Shown here: in pieces, positions 1 through 12,100 of the stretch
How the letters are laid out: the number at the start of each line of letters is the position of its first letter
Position numbering within the stretch: position 1 is the first letter of the stretch
Source: Hemiscyllium ocellatum
Lineage: Eukaryota
Direction: 5' to 3'
DNA length: 64,000 nt
Assembly (NCBI RefSeq): GCF_020745735.1
Contig: NC_083409.1
Location: forward strand, 10,033,534-10,097,533
Notes under the pieces: model-generated
The model's input: only the letters and a program-made list of their open reading frames with translations
The model's database searches: none
Told to the model about the DNA's origin: nothing
Position numbers and translations under genes: made by a program

Positions 1-1039
1 TGGGCAAATGGCAGCACATGCATCCAATGTGGGCTTGTTCTGCCTTCTAATAATTCTGTTCCACTGTTAGAGTGGCACGATGGAAGGCACGCTGTCCAAG
101 TCTGAAACACCTGGCATGCAGAGTTCTGTGTGAAATTCTGAGCAGTGTTCTGCACAGTGGCTTTTACAGGTATAGCAAGCTGGAAAGCATTGCATAATAA
201 CAGGAAATACAATTTAAGGCTGTTAATTCTGTAAACTATAAAATGAATTTGTAAGAGCAAAATTTTGAAACAAATTAGATTGTGATAAGATAGAGTTCCC
301 TCAATGTTATCAAAGCATTAGGATTGTTCAGCTGCATTAAGCAGAATTAATTATAAATGCAGTCTGGGTAATTAGCAGAAGGACGTGAGAAATCTCACAA
401 ATTATGAGTACCTTTGGCAATTCCAACTTACAGACTTCGGGAGATAAGGGACTCTGATATTAGAAAAAGTAATTTCATCCAAAGGAAAAATGTATGAAGT
501 CAGTAGTGGAGTAACTTACACAATAGGGCAGGGCAAATTGAGAGATCTGATAAATGTTAGGAGAATAGAGAAAGGACCTCCATAAATGAAGCATCAACAC
601 AAATCAGGGATTTGTGTGATTGGATGAATGCAAATATCTCAGAGGTTTGTGAGCTGGGGAAATTTACAAGTCTGGATTAGTATCTGAAAGACTGCTGGAA
701 AGCTAGACGTTGGCCAAATGCAGCAGGACAACACGTGTGAGAAAAGCTAGCAACACCACTTCTGCAGAGTAGCTGCTGTACATCTAGATTTCACTTTGTT
801 TTACAGATACCAATTTTCTAAATAACGTCAGCTTGTTATTTTGTTTCAGTCTGATGTAATGAATAATGTTTACCTCCATATATTTGTTAAACGACTGAAA
901 CTAATTATAATGATGATTCATCTTTTTGGACTCCCTGGAGGTTGGATGCCTACATAAATATAGATTTGCTTTCATTGGCTCAGTTGTGCATCCATCAGAT
1001 TCATCTAACTCGAGCACAAATCACTCATTCTCACAGAAA

Positions 1040-2410
1040 ATGGGGAAGCCAACTATTCTGCTGGTGAAAGAGATTTACTATCCAATTCTCACAGCAATTG
1101 CGCTTCCTGGTGAGTCGTTGACAGTGTTTGTTGTTGATCAACGTTGACTGTCTCCTTGTTCATACCATTTTAGATCAGGTAACTTGTTTTTCTGATACCA
1201 GCAATCTGCAATGGATATTCTCTGCAACAAGTCCATCAATTTTCAATTTCCATTTTATCAATTTTTCACCTTCTGAAGATTTTTTTTGATAGAATGTACC
1301 TTGCTGGTTTCGTACAGTAGATTATTTGACTCTTCATTCTGTACAGAGCGAGCTCTGGAGCTGCTCATTAAATACTTTCCTGTTTTGATAGCCCAACATA
1401 ATGGTTTTAAATGCGCTCAGCAAATTTATTGAATGCAACCCAATACTCGAATATTATGTACCTCTGTCTGTCTCTCTTTTACAGCAAACTTGATGACCAT
1501 TGTGATTCTGTCACGAGGAAACTGTGGTCTTTCAAAGTGTATTTCTGTCTACATGATGGCCATGGCAACAACAGACCTTCTTGTTATTATCTTCTATGTA
1601 AAAGTGCATTATATCTTCAATTATCACTTTCCATTTTCAATCCTGTCCCAAACATCTTGGTGCACAGGCATTATATATTCCAGTGGTGTCAGTATAGATT
1701 TATCTGTCTGGTTCAATGTCTCCTTCGCATTTGACAGATTTGTTGTGATCTGCTGCCAGAAGTTTAAAACAAAGTATTGCACGAAGAGAACTGCAATTAT
1801 CATTGTAACAACCTTCTCTTTCCTGATGGTGTTGAAGAATATTCCACTTCTATTTGCTTATGAACCTCAATACATTATCAACAAGGTGCAGTGGGGCTGT
1901 CGAGCAAGTGTGTCTTTCTTTTCATCTTCTGCAGGTACAGGATACCTCTGGTTCTACAGCGCCTGGCTTGCCTGGCTTCCTTTCACTTTGATTGCCATGT
2001 TCAATTCTTTAACTATTCAACGTATTGTAATGGCCAATCGAGCCCGTGCCAGACTCCAGGGTCACAAAAGTGAGGATCATATCAATTCAGAGACAGAGAG
2101 CCGACGGAAATCTATCATTCTACTGTTCTCTGTATCAGTTGGTTTTATATTGCTTTGGTTAACCAATTCAGTGACTTTAGCGATTACCAAAATTGCAAAT
2201 CCCAATCATTATGAAGGTGGCTTCACAAACCCAAATTATATTGCCATGGAAACTGGAGAGTTTCTGAAGCTGCTGAGTTCCTTTCTCAACCCATGTATTT
2301 ATGCAGCAACTCAGAACAAATTCAAAGAGGAACTGAAGGTTCTTTTGAAATCTCCATGGAAAATAATTAAGAGATTACTTGAAAAATGTCAATATGAAGA
2401 ATCATTTTGA
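1040..2410 (+). CDS. GPR139/GPR142-like class A GPCR, two coding exons: join(1040..1109,1485..2410), 331 aa
   Basis: Exon 1 encodes MGKPTILLVKEIYYPILTAIALP and ends at a G|gtgagt donor (1110). A polypyrimidine tttacag acceptor ends at 1484. The phase-1 join gives ...ALPANLMTIVILSR in frame with the 325-aa ORF, 996 nt in total including the stop. Seven hydrophobic segments, DRF motif and NPCIY motif are present. YYxxLxxxxLPANxxTxxILS resembles the GPR139 TM1 from memory. The track's Met at 1433 is intronic. A possible upstream acceptor (tctcacag at 1036) suggests a 5' UTR exon. Confidence 0.88.
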
Positions 2411-3829
2411 ATTAAAATCTGTTTTCTTGTTAAATTTCAACCCCACCTTCTTCTTATGGAAACCTCAATTTCACGTGTCAGTTTAGGTGGATTGGTTATG
2501 CTAAATTGTTCCATAGTGCCTAGGGATGTGCAGGCTTGATGGATTAGTCACAATAAATGCAGGGTTACCAGGATAGTGTGGGGCCTGAGTGGGATGCCCT
2601 TAGAAGGTCAGTGCAGAATTCAATTGGCTGATAAGCCTCGCTCAGCTCTGTTGGGATTCCATGATTCTTTGTCAGAAATATGGACAACAAAGGTATCCAC
2701 TGCTCATGCTGGGATTGGAGGCACCAACCTAACATCATCAATCAAGATTCCCTGGATGCCACAAATGCTTTCTGCTTGCTGATCTCAATGATTCTTCTGA
2801 AGGTTTGTCGTGAATATTGCTGGGGAGCAATTTGCAAATTGATACAGATCTTCAATGCAGGATTATTTGAAAAAAATTTTAAGATAAAGTCAACCTAAAC
2901 AATTAATTGAACAGAATGCAATTTGGTAGATTCCAAAACACACTATAAAATACCATCCCATCTAATTTCAATACCATCAGTTAACGATATTACAATACCA
3001 GAGAGAGTTCCAATGTCTATCACATCTTTAGGTTTGAATTAAGTGTTGCTTTAAGTTCTAGACCTTACAATTTGATAGCTTCTTCCTCCATTAGATACAG
3101 AACTAACCTCAAACGTTTTTAACTTCAAATAATCAATCTGGTGTCCTAACCAAACACTTCAGGACTGGAATTTCCAATTATTTCCCAATATTCGGAACTA
3201 TCTCCTTACTTCAGCTTAAATTGTGTTCTTAACATCTAACTTCAATCAGGACTTCCACCAATTGCAGTAAGAACCATTTCAATCCACTGGGTTTTTCACC
3301 CTGAGAAGGAAAAAGCTAATTCCTGATTCTCCTCAATTAAAAGCAAGTTACTGCTTTTCAATCTGTACTCTGATCACAAAACTTTCATACATCACTCCAA
3401 AACCTTTGCTTTCTCATCTGAAAATTGCAAAATAAATACTTGGTCGGAAAAGGCTGCAAGGTTGATCATGAAATTCCCTCATATACAAAGAACAAAACTC
3501 TCATGTCACTCATTCAAAGACCATTGTTTCTGCTTTGTCTGTCACGTTGAATGTATCGTTTTTCATAAAATGCCATTCTGTTTGGTATTACGTTCCAGCG
3601 AAGTGTTTTAGATAAGTGGTAACTGTTAGATTTTTTTTAAGAATGAAGTTTCAAGTTTGGACTTTCATGTTTTTGCTAAACTGAATATTCAAATATTATC
3701 TAAATGTATTGAAGAATCTTTATTTTCTGATAGGTTTTTACTCATGAAAAGTTTATTTGTGTGAATGGGGTGAATTTGTACTTGCAGAGTTACATTGTAC
3801 TTTGCTCAAAAACTGCATGAATCCATGTA

Positions 3830-4215
3830 AGACTCTGTTAACTCAGTTTTTAGATTAAAATCAGTCTAAACATTATGGCACAGACAAGGGACACAGGGGG
3901 CTAACACCTTCAACATATTATCTGGCTGACAGAAATTGTTACAGTTAACCTCGGAATGTAACTTTTAAAACATATTTTGTGATTTACGTATGAAGGAAGT
4001 GAAACTATCATGGTCATTCTAACAGAAGAAAGACTCAACAAAAAATCAAGGTATTTTTCAATGTATAATTTCAGTTACACCACACTGTAAACTTTTGCTA
4101 TAAATTCTGTGTCTTACAATTGTGTACTCCACAACCACCTGATGAAGGAGTGGCCCTCTGAAAGCTAATGCTTCCAATTAAACCTGTTGGGCTATAACCT
4201 GGTGTTGTGCGATTT
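3830..4215 (+). mobile_element. Penelope-like-derived shark repeat 3' end
   Basis: Ends in ...CTGATGAAGGAG...GAAAGCTA...aaacctgttgggctataacctggtgttgtg. The same tail recurs degenerately at ~24700-24760 (-) and 63430-63530 (+). Confidence 0.5.
4139..4167 (+). ncRNA. Minimal hammerhead ribozyme core
   Basis: CTGATGA-A-GGAG(tggcc)CTCT-GAAA-GCTA: conserved core, stem II with one G-U pair, and palindromic AGCT in place of stem III. Confidence 0.5.
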
Positions 4216-5239
4216 TTAATTTGGTGTATAAGAGGAGTGAAGTCTCCATTCAACGTCACAAGTTGCTGATGGGCCCGCATCTGGAGTACTGGGAGCAGTT
4301 TTGGTCCCCTTATTTAAGGGCATACATTATTTCATTAGAGGCATTAGGAAAGTCTCTGACCACAGAGCATAGTCTCAGAATAAAGGGTTGCCAATTTAAG
4401 ACTGAGATAAGGAGGAATTTATTCTCTCAGAGTCTTGTGAGTCTTTGGAAATTCTTACCACATAGAGCTGAGGGGAGAGCCCTTGTGTATATTTCATGCT
4501 GAGATAGAGTCTTGTTCAGTAGAAGATTCAAGGGTGACAGGAAAGTGGACATGAGGAATATTGGATTATCCATGATCCTACTAAATGGTGCAGATGGCTT
4601 GGCTTGAGGGGCTGAATGGGTTTTACTCTTATTCCTATTTCTTATTGTCTTGTGGTCTTTTACATTGTTTTTAATCTTGTTGCTCTATTAGGGCACAGTT
4701 GTTCAAATTATTCTACCTGCCACTATCCACACTCTTTTTGCAATTACTGTCTGCTCTCTTGGTGCATTGTTCAGAATGAAGCCATTCACCTCCATCCATT
4801 TTCTTTTAAACTTTTGGTATTGTCTCCAGAATGAAGTGACTCCACTTTCACCTGTCTAATATGATCACAGGTGGAATGCCTCGAATAGTGTTGAGGTCCT
4901 TACCTAAGGAAAGATCTTTTCAATTGGATGCAGTTCAGTGGAGTGTCTAGGTTGGTACCAGGGATGGAGGGATTGTCTTATGAGGAGAGGTTGAGTAGGT
5001 AGTGCTTGTGTTCATTGGAATACAGAAGGATATTGAACCATGAAAGAGTTTTAGTGGATGTTGGGGTAGATGGGATGAATACTGAGAGTCTTGGATACAG
5101 TGGATGTGCAGAAGATGTTTCCACTACTAGGAGAGGCTAGGACATGAGGCCAGAGTCTCAGATTTAATGTAGGAATAGGATGGGAAGGACTAATGCCGTA
5201 GCACATAAGTTTGGCACAGGGAATACTGTTTCTGCTCAA

Positions 5240-7005
5240 CATGTAGATAAGCCGACTAGAGGGGATGCCATATTGGATTTGGTCGTTGACAATGGGCCAG
5301 GTTAGATGTCAGATCTCCCAATGGGAGAGCATTTTGGTGATAGTGATCACAACTCCCTGAACTTTACTATAGTCATCGGATTGGAACAAACATTATGGGA
5401 AAATATTGCAGCATTGCAATTCCTCCTTTCCGAAATAACTGCTATTAGGCAGGAACTGTGGAGCATAAATCGAGAGCAGATATTATCAGGGAAATGCATG
5501 ACCGAAATGTGGAGGTAGTTTAGGGAGCATTTTCTGTGAGTACTGGGTAAGTTTGTCCCACTGAGGCAAGGAAGGAATGGTCAGGTTAATGAATCTTGGA
5601 TGATATGATATATAAAATATCTAGTCAAGAGGAAGAAGGAAGCTTACTTAGTTTTGAGGAAACAAGGATCGACTGGGCTCTATAGGGTTACAACATAGCC
5701 AGGAAGAAGCTGAAGAATGCACAGAGGAGAGGTAGAAGGGAGCATAAAAAGCCTTGGAGGGTAGAATTAAAGAAAACCCCAAGGTATTCTTCACTTATGT
5801 AAGGAAAAAGAGGATGGCCAGAGTGAGGGTAGAGCTGATTAGGAACCTCGAGTCTGAGGAGGTAAGGAAGGTCCTTAATGAATACTTTATCTCAATATCC
5901 AGGAGTGAGAGGGACCTTGTTGTTTGTGAGGACAGCGTGAAACAGGCTGATAGGCTCGAACAGATTGATGTTAAGAAGGAAGATGTGCTGAAATCTTGAA
6001 AAATGTGAGTATAGGTAAGTTCCCTGGGCCAGATGGGCTATACCCAAAGTTACTGTGGGGAAGCGAGGGAAGAGATTTCTGCAACTTTAACGATGATCTT
6101 TGTGTCCTCACCGGTCACTAGATTAGTATCAGATGATTGGAGAGTGCCAAATGTTATTCCCTTGATCAAGAAAGGGAATGGATAACCCTGGGAATTACAG
6201 ACCCGTCAGTCTTATGTTGGTGGTGGGCAAATTATTGGAGAGGATTCTGAAAGACAGATTTTATGATTATTTGGAAAAGCATAATTTGATTAGAGATCAT
6301 CAGTATGGCTTTGTGAGGGGCAGGTCAGGCCTCTCAAGCCTGATAAATTCTTTGAGGATATGGCAAAACACATTGCTGAAGATGGAGCAGTGAATGTGGT
6401 GTATATGGATTTTAGCAAGGTTTTTGTAAAAGTTCCCCATAGTAGGCTCATTCCGAAATTAAGGAGACAGGATACAGGGAGATTTGACTGTCCGGATACA
6501 GAATTAGCTGGCCCATGGAAGACAGAGGATGGCAGTATACTGAAAGTATCCAGCCTGGAGCTCGGTGACCATTGATGATAAACAGGGATCTGTTCTGGGA
6601 CCTCTGCTCTTTGTAATTTTTAAAAATGACTTGGATGAGGATGAAAAATAACTTGATAGAGGTGTACAAATTGGGAGGCATAGACAGAGTGGATAGCCAG
6701 AGACTTTTTCTCTGGGTGGTAATGGCTATCACGAGGGGGCATAATTTTTAAGTAATTGGAGGAAGGTTTAGGGGAGATGCCAGAAATAGATCCTTTACAC
6801 AGAGAGTGGTGGGTACGTGGAATGTACAGCCAGCAGTGGTAGTAGAGTCAGATACATTCGGGACATTTAAGTGACTCTTGGATAGGCACATGGATGATCG
6901 TAAAATGAATGATTATGCAGGTTAGTTTAATCTCAGAGCTGGATAAAATGGCAGCACAACATTAAGGGCCAAAGGACTCGCACTATGCTGTACTGTTCTA
7001 TGTTC
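5240..7005 (+). mobile_element. Degenerate CR1 LINE (endonuclease-RT-3' tail)
   Basis: ORF fragments GDSDHNSL, DNPGNYRPVSL and YMDFSKVFVKVPH, followed by a gttctatgttct tail. Confidence 0.85.
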
Positions 7006-7009
7006 TGAT

Positions 7010-8230
7010 AAAACTATACCCCTATAGACTTAATCCTTTCAAAGCAGTATATTTCAAAAGGAAGTGGAAGCGATGCTCCAAGAAGACAGCATAGGGCCAA
7101 GTCAAAGTGAGTGGAGTTTGCCAATCATGTTGGTTCTAAAGCCTGATAGTACTCAATGATTCTGCATGGATTATCAAAAATGCAACACTGTGACCAAATC
7201 TGATTCATGCCCTAATCCAAGGCTATAGGATTGCGTGGAAAATGTGGAACAAGCCACTTACATCACAGAGTTGGACTTCATGTTCCTGGCAAGTACCATT
7301 GTTATAGAAAGCAAAAGATGTTTCTGTTTCTGTGAACCCAAATGTGCTATATCAATTTAGCATAATGCTTTTTGGAATGAAAAATGCACCAGCCACTTTT
7401 CAAAGGCTTATGAACAGAGTTTTTACAAGATGACTAATTGTGCTGTCGACATAGATGATTTAGTGATCTTTAGTCATTCATCGAAAAAACACATGGTGAA
7501 TTTGGCAGAGCACTTTGAAGACTACGGAAGATAAAATTAGGTGATCAACTTGTCAAAAACTAAGTTTGCGAAAGCAGAAATGACATTCTTAGGTCACAAC
7601 ATCGGACACAGATGAATGATGCTGAGGAACGTGAAGATGAACGCTATCAAGGAACTTCTAAGACCGTCCTTGAAGTTGCAAGTGCTACGATTTTCAGGAC
7701 TCATTGGATTCTACAGGAAATGTATGTCAAACTTTAGTGGCACTGTTCACAGATTTGCAGAAAAAGAACACAAAGATTCGGTGGACCGAACAATGCCAGG
7801 AGGTATTTGAGAATTTAAAAACAGTTAAACACCACACCAGTATTAGCCATGCCAAATTTCATGAAACTCTTTAAAGTCACAATGGTCACAAGCGATGTAG
7901 GTGTTGTCACAGGATGATGAGTGTGGAATTGAAAGGCAAGTTGGTTATTTTTACAAAAAAAATTCAATAATCACCAGAAAAAAATATTCCACCACTCAAA
8001 AAGAGTTGTTGACTTTGGTAATGGCCTTCCAACACGTTAATGTGTATGTTGCAAACAATGCATCAGAAATCATTATATATATTGACTGCAATCTTTGATA
8101 TTTTTGTAAAGGTTTCAGGACATGAACACTAGATTGTTTTGTTGGGGTTTCGTGCCACAAGCATTTAATTTACACATTGTATATGCTGCAGGTCATGAAA
8201 ATGTGAAGCTATGAATCTAGTAAAATGATG
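7010..8230 (+). mobile_element. Ty3/Gypsy pol fragment (RT-RNase H), decayed
   Basis: Translates to SEWSLPIMLVLKPD, FGMKNAPATFQRLMNRV, VDIDDLVIFS, TFLGH, RFSGLIGFYRK and KYSTTQKELLTLVMAFQH, with stops and frameshifts. Confidence 0.85.
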
Positions 8231-8384
8231 GAGTTAAGGTTTTAAAAGAGAAAAAGACATCTTTTCATAATGTTAGCTCATTTATTCCTTAAGGGGGGAG
8301 GCGTGGTGAAGTTGGTATGTGTAAAATTCCAAAATTGTAAAATGGGGAGAACATTGCTTGGTCCCTATAAAAGATGATGTCTTT

Positions 8385-8540
8385 TCTGATGGGTGGAGGT
8401 GGGGATGAAGGTGATAGGTCAGAGAGGAGGGTGGAGTGGATAGGTGGCAAGGTTGGACAGGTCATGAGGTTGGTGCTGAGTTGGCACGTTGGAACTAGGG
8501 AAAGGTGAGAGGAGGAGGAATGAGGAAACTGGTGAAGTCA
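8385..8540 (-). mobile_element. Truncated Penelope-like 3' fragment at the breakpoint of the inverted arm
   Basis: Matches 25290-25445 (ggtgataggtcagagaggagggtggagtggatagg...ctggtgaa) and stops abruptly at 8540. Confidence 0.7.
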
Positions 8541-9109
8541 GTGCATCTGTCTGTCCCAGCTCTCTGAATGAGCGATTCATTGAGTGCCATTCTCCTGCCC
8601 TCTCCCTGTCATCCTGCACACTGTTCCTTTTCAAATAACAGTCTCATTCCCTTCGTAATGCTTCAATTAAAGCTGCCTCCACCACACTCTCAGGCAGTGC
8701 ATTCCACACCTTAACCACCCACTGGCTGAAAATGTTGTTCCCCATCTCACTTTTGTAACTTTTCCCAATTACTTTCAACCTGTGGTCTCTCGGTCTCAAT
8801 CCTTTCTCAAGCGGGAGCATTGTCTCCCTATTTACTCTGTCCAGGCCCCTCCTGATTTTGAGTTCCTCAAATAAATCTCTTCTCAGCCTTCTCCAAAGAA
8901 GACAGTCCCAAATTATCCAATCAGTCTCCATAACTGATGTTCCTCATCCCTGGAATGATCTTTGGGAATATATTTGCCAGCTCTACAAAACATTCACATT
9001 CTTCCTGACTTCTTCACATTATCTATGTCCCTCATGATTTTCTAAACCTTTATAAGGTTACTCTTCAAAACCTTCCTCATCAGAGTAAAAAGTCTCAGCT
9101 TTTCCAGCC

Positions 9110-12100
9110 TCTCACAGTCATGGAGTTATACAGTGTGGAAACAGACCTTTCGGTCCAACTTGTGCATGTTAACCAGATATCCTAAATGACCTCATCACAT
9201 TTGCCAGCATTTGGCTTACATCCCTCGAAACCCTTCCTATCCATGTACCCATCCCAATGTGTTTTAAATGTTGTAATTGTATCTGCCTCCAACATTTTCT
9301 CTGGCAGCTCGATCCAGACACATACCACCCTCTGCGTGACAAGTTACCCCTTTTGTTTGGACTGCCCTTCCCAAGGAAAAGACTTGGATATACACCCTGT
9401 CCATCTATAAACATCTATAAGGTCACCCCTCAGCCTTAGATGCTACAGGGGCAAGAGTCCCAGTCTATTCAGCCTCTCCCTACAGCTCAAACCCTCCAGT
9501 TTCTGCTCTTTGTAAATCTTTTCTACAACTTTTTAAGTTTAGCACCATCCTTCTTATCGCAGGATGATCAGAATTGTTCACATTATTCCCAAAGTGGCCT
9601 CACCAATCTCCTGTACAGCTACAACATGATGTTCCAACTCGTAAACTCAGTGCAGTAACCAATAAAGGCAAGTGTACCCAACACCTTTGTCATCACCCAA
9701 TCTACTTGAGACTCCACTTTCAAGGAGTAATGCACCTGCACCTGCACCCCCAGGTCTCTTTTTTTCAGCAATACTCCACAGGGCCTTACCATTAACTGTA
9801 TAACTCCTGCCCTGGTTTGCGTTTCCAAAATGCAACGTCTCATATTTGTCTGAACTGAACTCCATTTCCCACTCCTCTGTCTATTGCCCCATCTGATCAA
9901 GGTCCCGCTGTACCCTGAGATAATCTTCTTCACTATCCACAGTCCAACCAATTTTGGTGTAATTTCCAAACTTAACATTAGTCCAATGTTCACATCCAAT
10001 TCATTTACTCAATTGACGAAAAGTAGTGGACCAAGCACCAATCCTTGTGGCACACAGCTATTCACAGATCTTCACTGAGAACGCGACTCTCAGTTGGTGT
10101 GTTGCCTCCCAGGTGCCAGGATCCGTGTTGTCCTGGATCATGTCTTTGGGGTCCTGAAGGGAGAGGGTGCCCATCCCCAAGTCATTCTTTACATAGGTAC
10201 CAATGACATAGGTAGAAAGAGGGATTGGGATGAAAGGCAGGATTTCAGGGAGCTAGGCAGGAAGCTGAGAGTTAAAACAAGCAGACTTGTTTTCTCTGGT
10301 TTGTTGCCTGGGCCATGTGATAGCGAGGCAAGGAATAGGGAGAGTTATCAGTTGAACATGTGGTTGCAAGGATGGTGCAGGAGGGAGGTTTCAGGTACAT
10401 GGATAATTGGGGCTCATTCTGGGGAAGGTGGGACTTGTACAAACAGGACGGTCTTCACTTGAACCAGAGGGGTACTAATATCCTGGGTGGAAATTTTGCT
10501 GGTGCTATTTGGGTGGGTTTAAACTAGCACAGCAGGGGGATTAGAACCTGAGATGTCATTCCAGTGCACAGGAGGATGAGAGTTGGGAGGGCATGGACAG
10601 GATTTCATGGTCACAAGAAAGTGCTGGCAGATAGCAAGCTAATTTGAAGTATGTCTACTTCAATGCCAGAAGTTAGGTGAACTTGCAGCATAGTTAGGTA
10701 CCTAGGACTTCGATGTTGTGGCCATTTTGAAGACATGGATAGAACAGGGTCAGGAATGTTGCAAGTTCCAGTGTTTAGATCTTTCGTTAAGAACAGGCAA
10801 GGCGGTAAAAGAGGGGAAGATGTGGCCTTGTTAGACAAAGATAGTATCATGTTGGCTGAAAGAACTTTTAACGAGGACTCATCTACTGAGGTACTATGGG
10901 CTGAGTTGAGGAGAGGTCGCACTGCTGGGAGTTTTTTTTATTGGCCTCCGCAGAGTTCCAGGGGGTTGGAGGAGAGGATTGGCAGAATGATTCTGAGTAG
11001 GAGTGAAAGGAACCGGGTGATCATTATGGGGGTCTTGAACTTCTCCAACATTGACTGGAAATGCTATAACTCTAGGACGTCGGATGAATCAGTTTTGTCG
11101 AATGTGTGGAGGAAGGCTTCCTGACACAGCATGTCAAAGAGCTGACAAGAGGGGAGGCCACACTGGATCTGGTGCTTGGTGATGAACCAGGCCAGGTGGT
11201 TTTAGTTGTGGGTGAGAACTTTGGAGAGAGTCACCATAATTCAGTTACATTTAGTTTAGCAAAGGAAAGGGATAGATACATGCCACAGGGCAAGAGTTAT
11301 CAATGGAGCAAGCGTTTAGTCAAGACTTAGGATGCATAGAATGGGGTAACAAAATGCGGGGGATGGGGCCAATCAAAATGTGGAGCTAGTTTAACAAACA
11401 GATATTGTGTGGCCTTGATAGGTATGTCCCTGTCAGGCAGGGAGGAACTGATAAGGTAAGGGAACCATGGTTTATACAGAAATTGCATCTCTTGTTAAAC
11501 GGAAGAAGGAGGCTTCTGTGACGATGAGACAAGATGGTTCAGATGAGGTGATGGAGAGTTACAGATTAGCTAGGGAGGATTTAAATAGAGAGTTAAGAAA
11601 ATCAAAGAGAGGACATGAGCAATATTTAGCAGGTAGAATAAAGGAGAACCCTTAAGTTTTCTATAGGTATGCGAGGAATAAACTAGGGTAGGAAGAGGGC
11701 CAGTCAAAGACAGAAGTGGGAAGTTGTGTATGGGCCCTGTGGAGATTGGAGAGGTGCTAAATGAATATGTCTCATTGGTTTTCACTCAGGAAAAGGAGAA
11801 TATTGTAGAGGAGAAGAATGAGATACGAGATATTAAACTAGAAAGGATCAAGGTTAGGGAAGAGGTGTTATGTATTCTAGTTGGAGTGAAAATAGACAAG
11901 TCACCTATTTTGCGAGGATTTATCCGAGGATTCTCTGGGGAGCTAGGGAGGAGATAGTGAAGCCTATGGCTTTGATCTTTGAATCGTGATTGTCTACAGG
12001 TTTAGGACCAGAAGACTGAGGGATTACAAACATTGTGCCCTTGTTCATGAATGGCACTAGAGATGACCCAGGTAATTATACACCAGCAAGTCTTACATCT

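Noticed and set aside
1433-1484. ORF-track N-terminus MQPNTRILCTSVCLSFT of the GPCR
   Set aside because: It is intron read-through ending in a polypyrimidine tract and acceptor AG. The true N-terminus comes from exon 1040-1109.
6419-6427. GGTTTTTGT perfect RSS nonamer upstream of the orphan C
   Set aside because: It lies inside CR1 RT coding sequence and has no heptamer at 12 or 23 nt, so it is not a J RSS.
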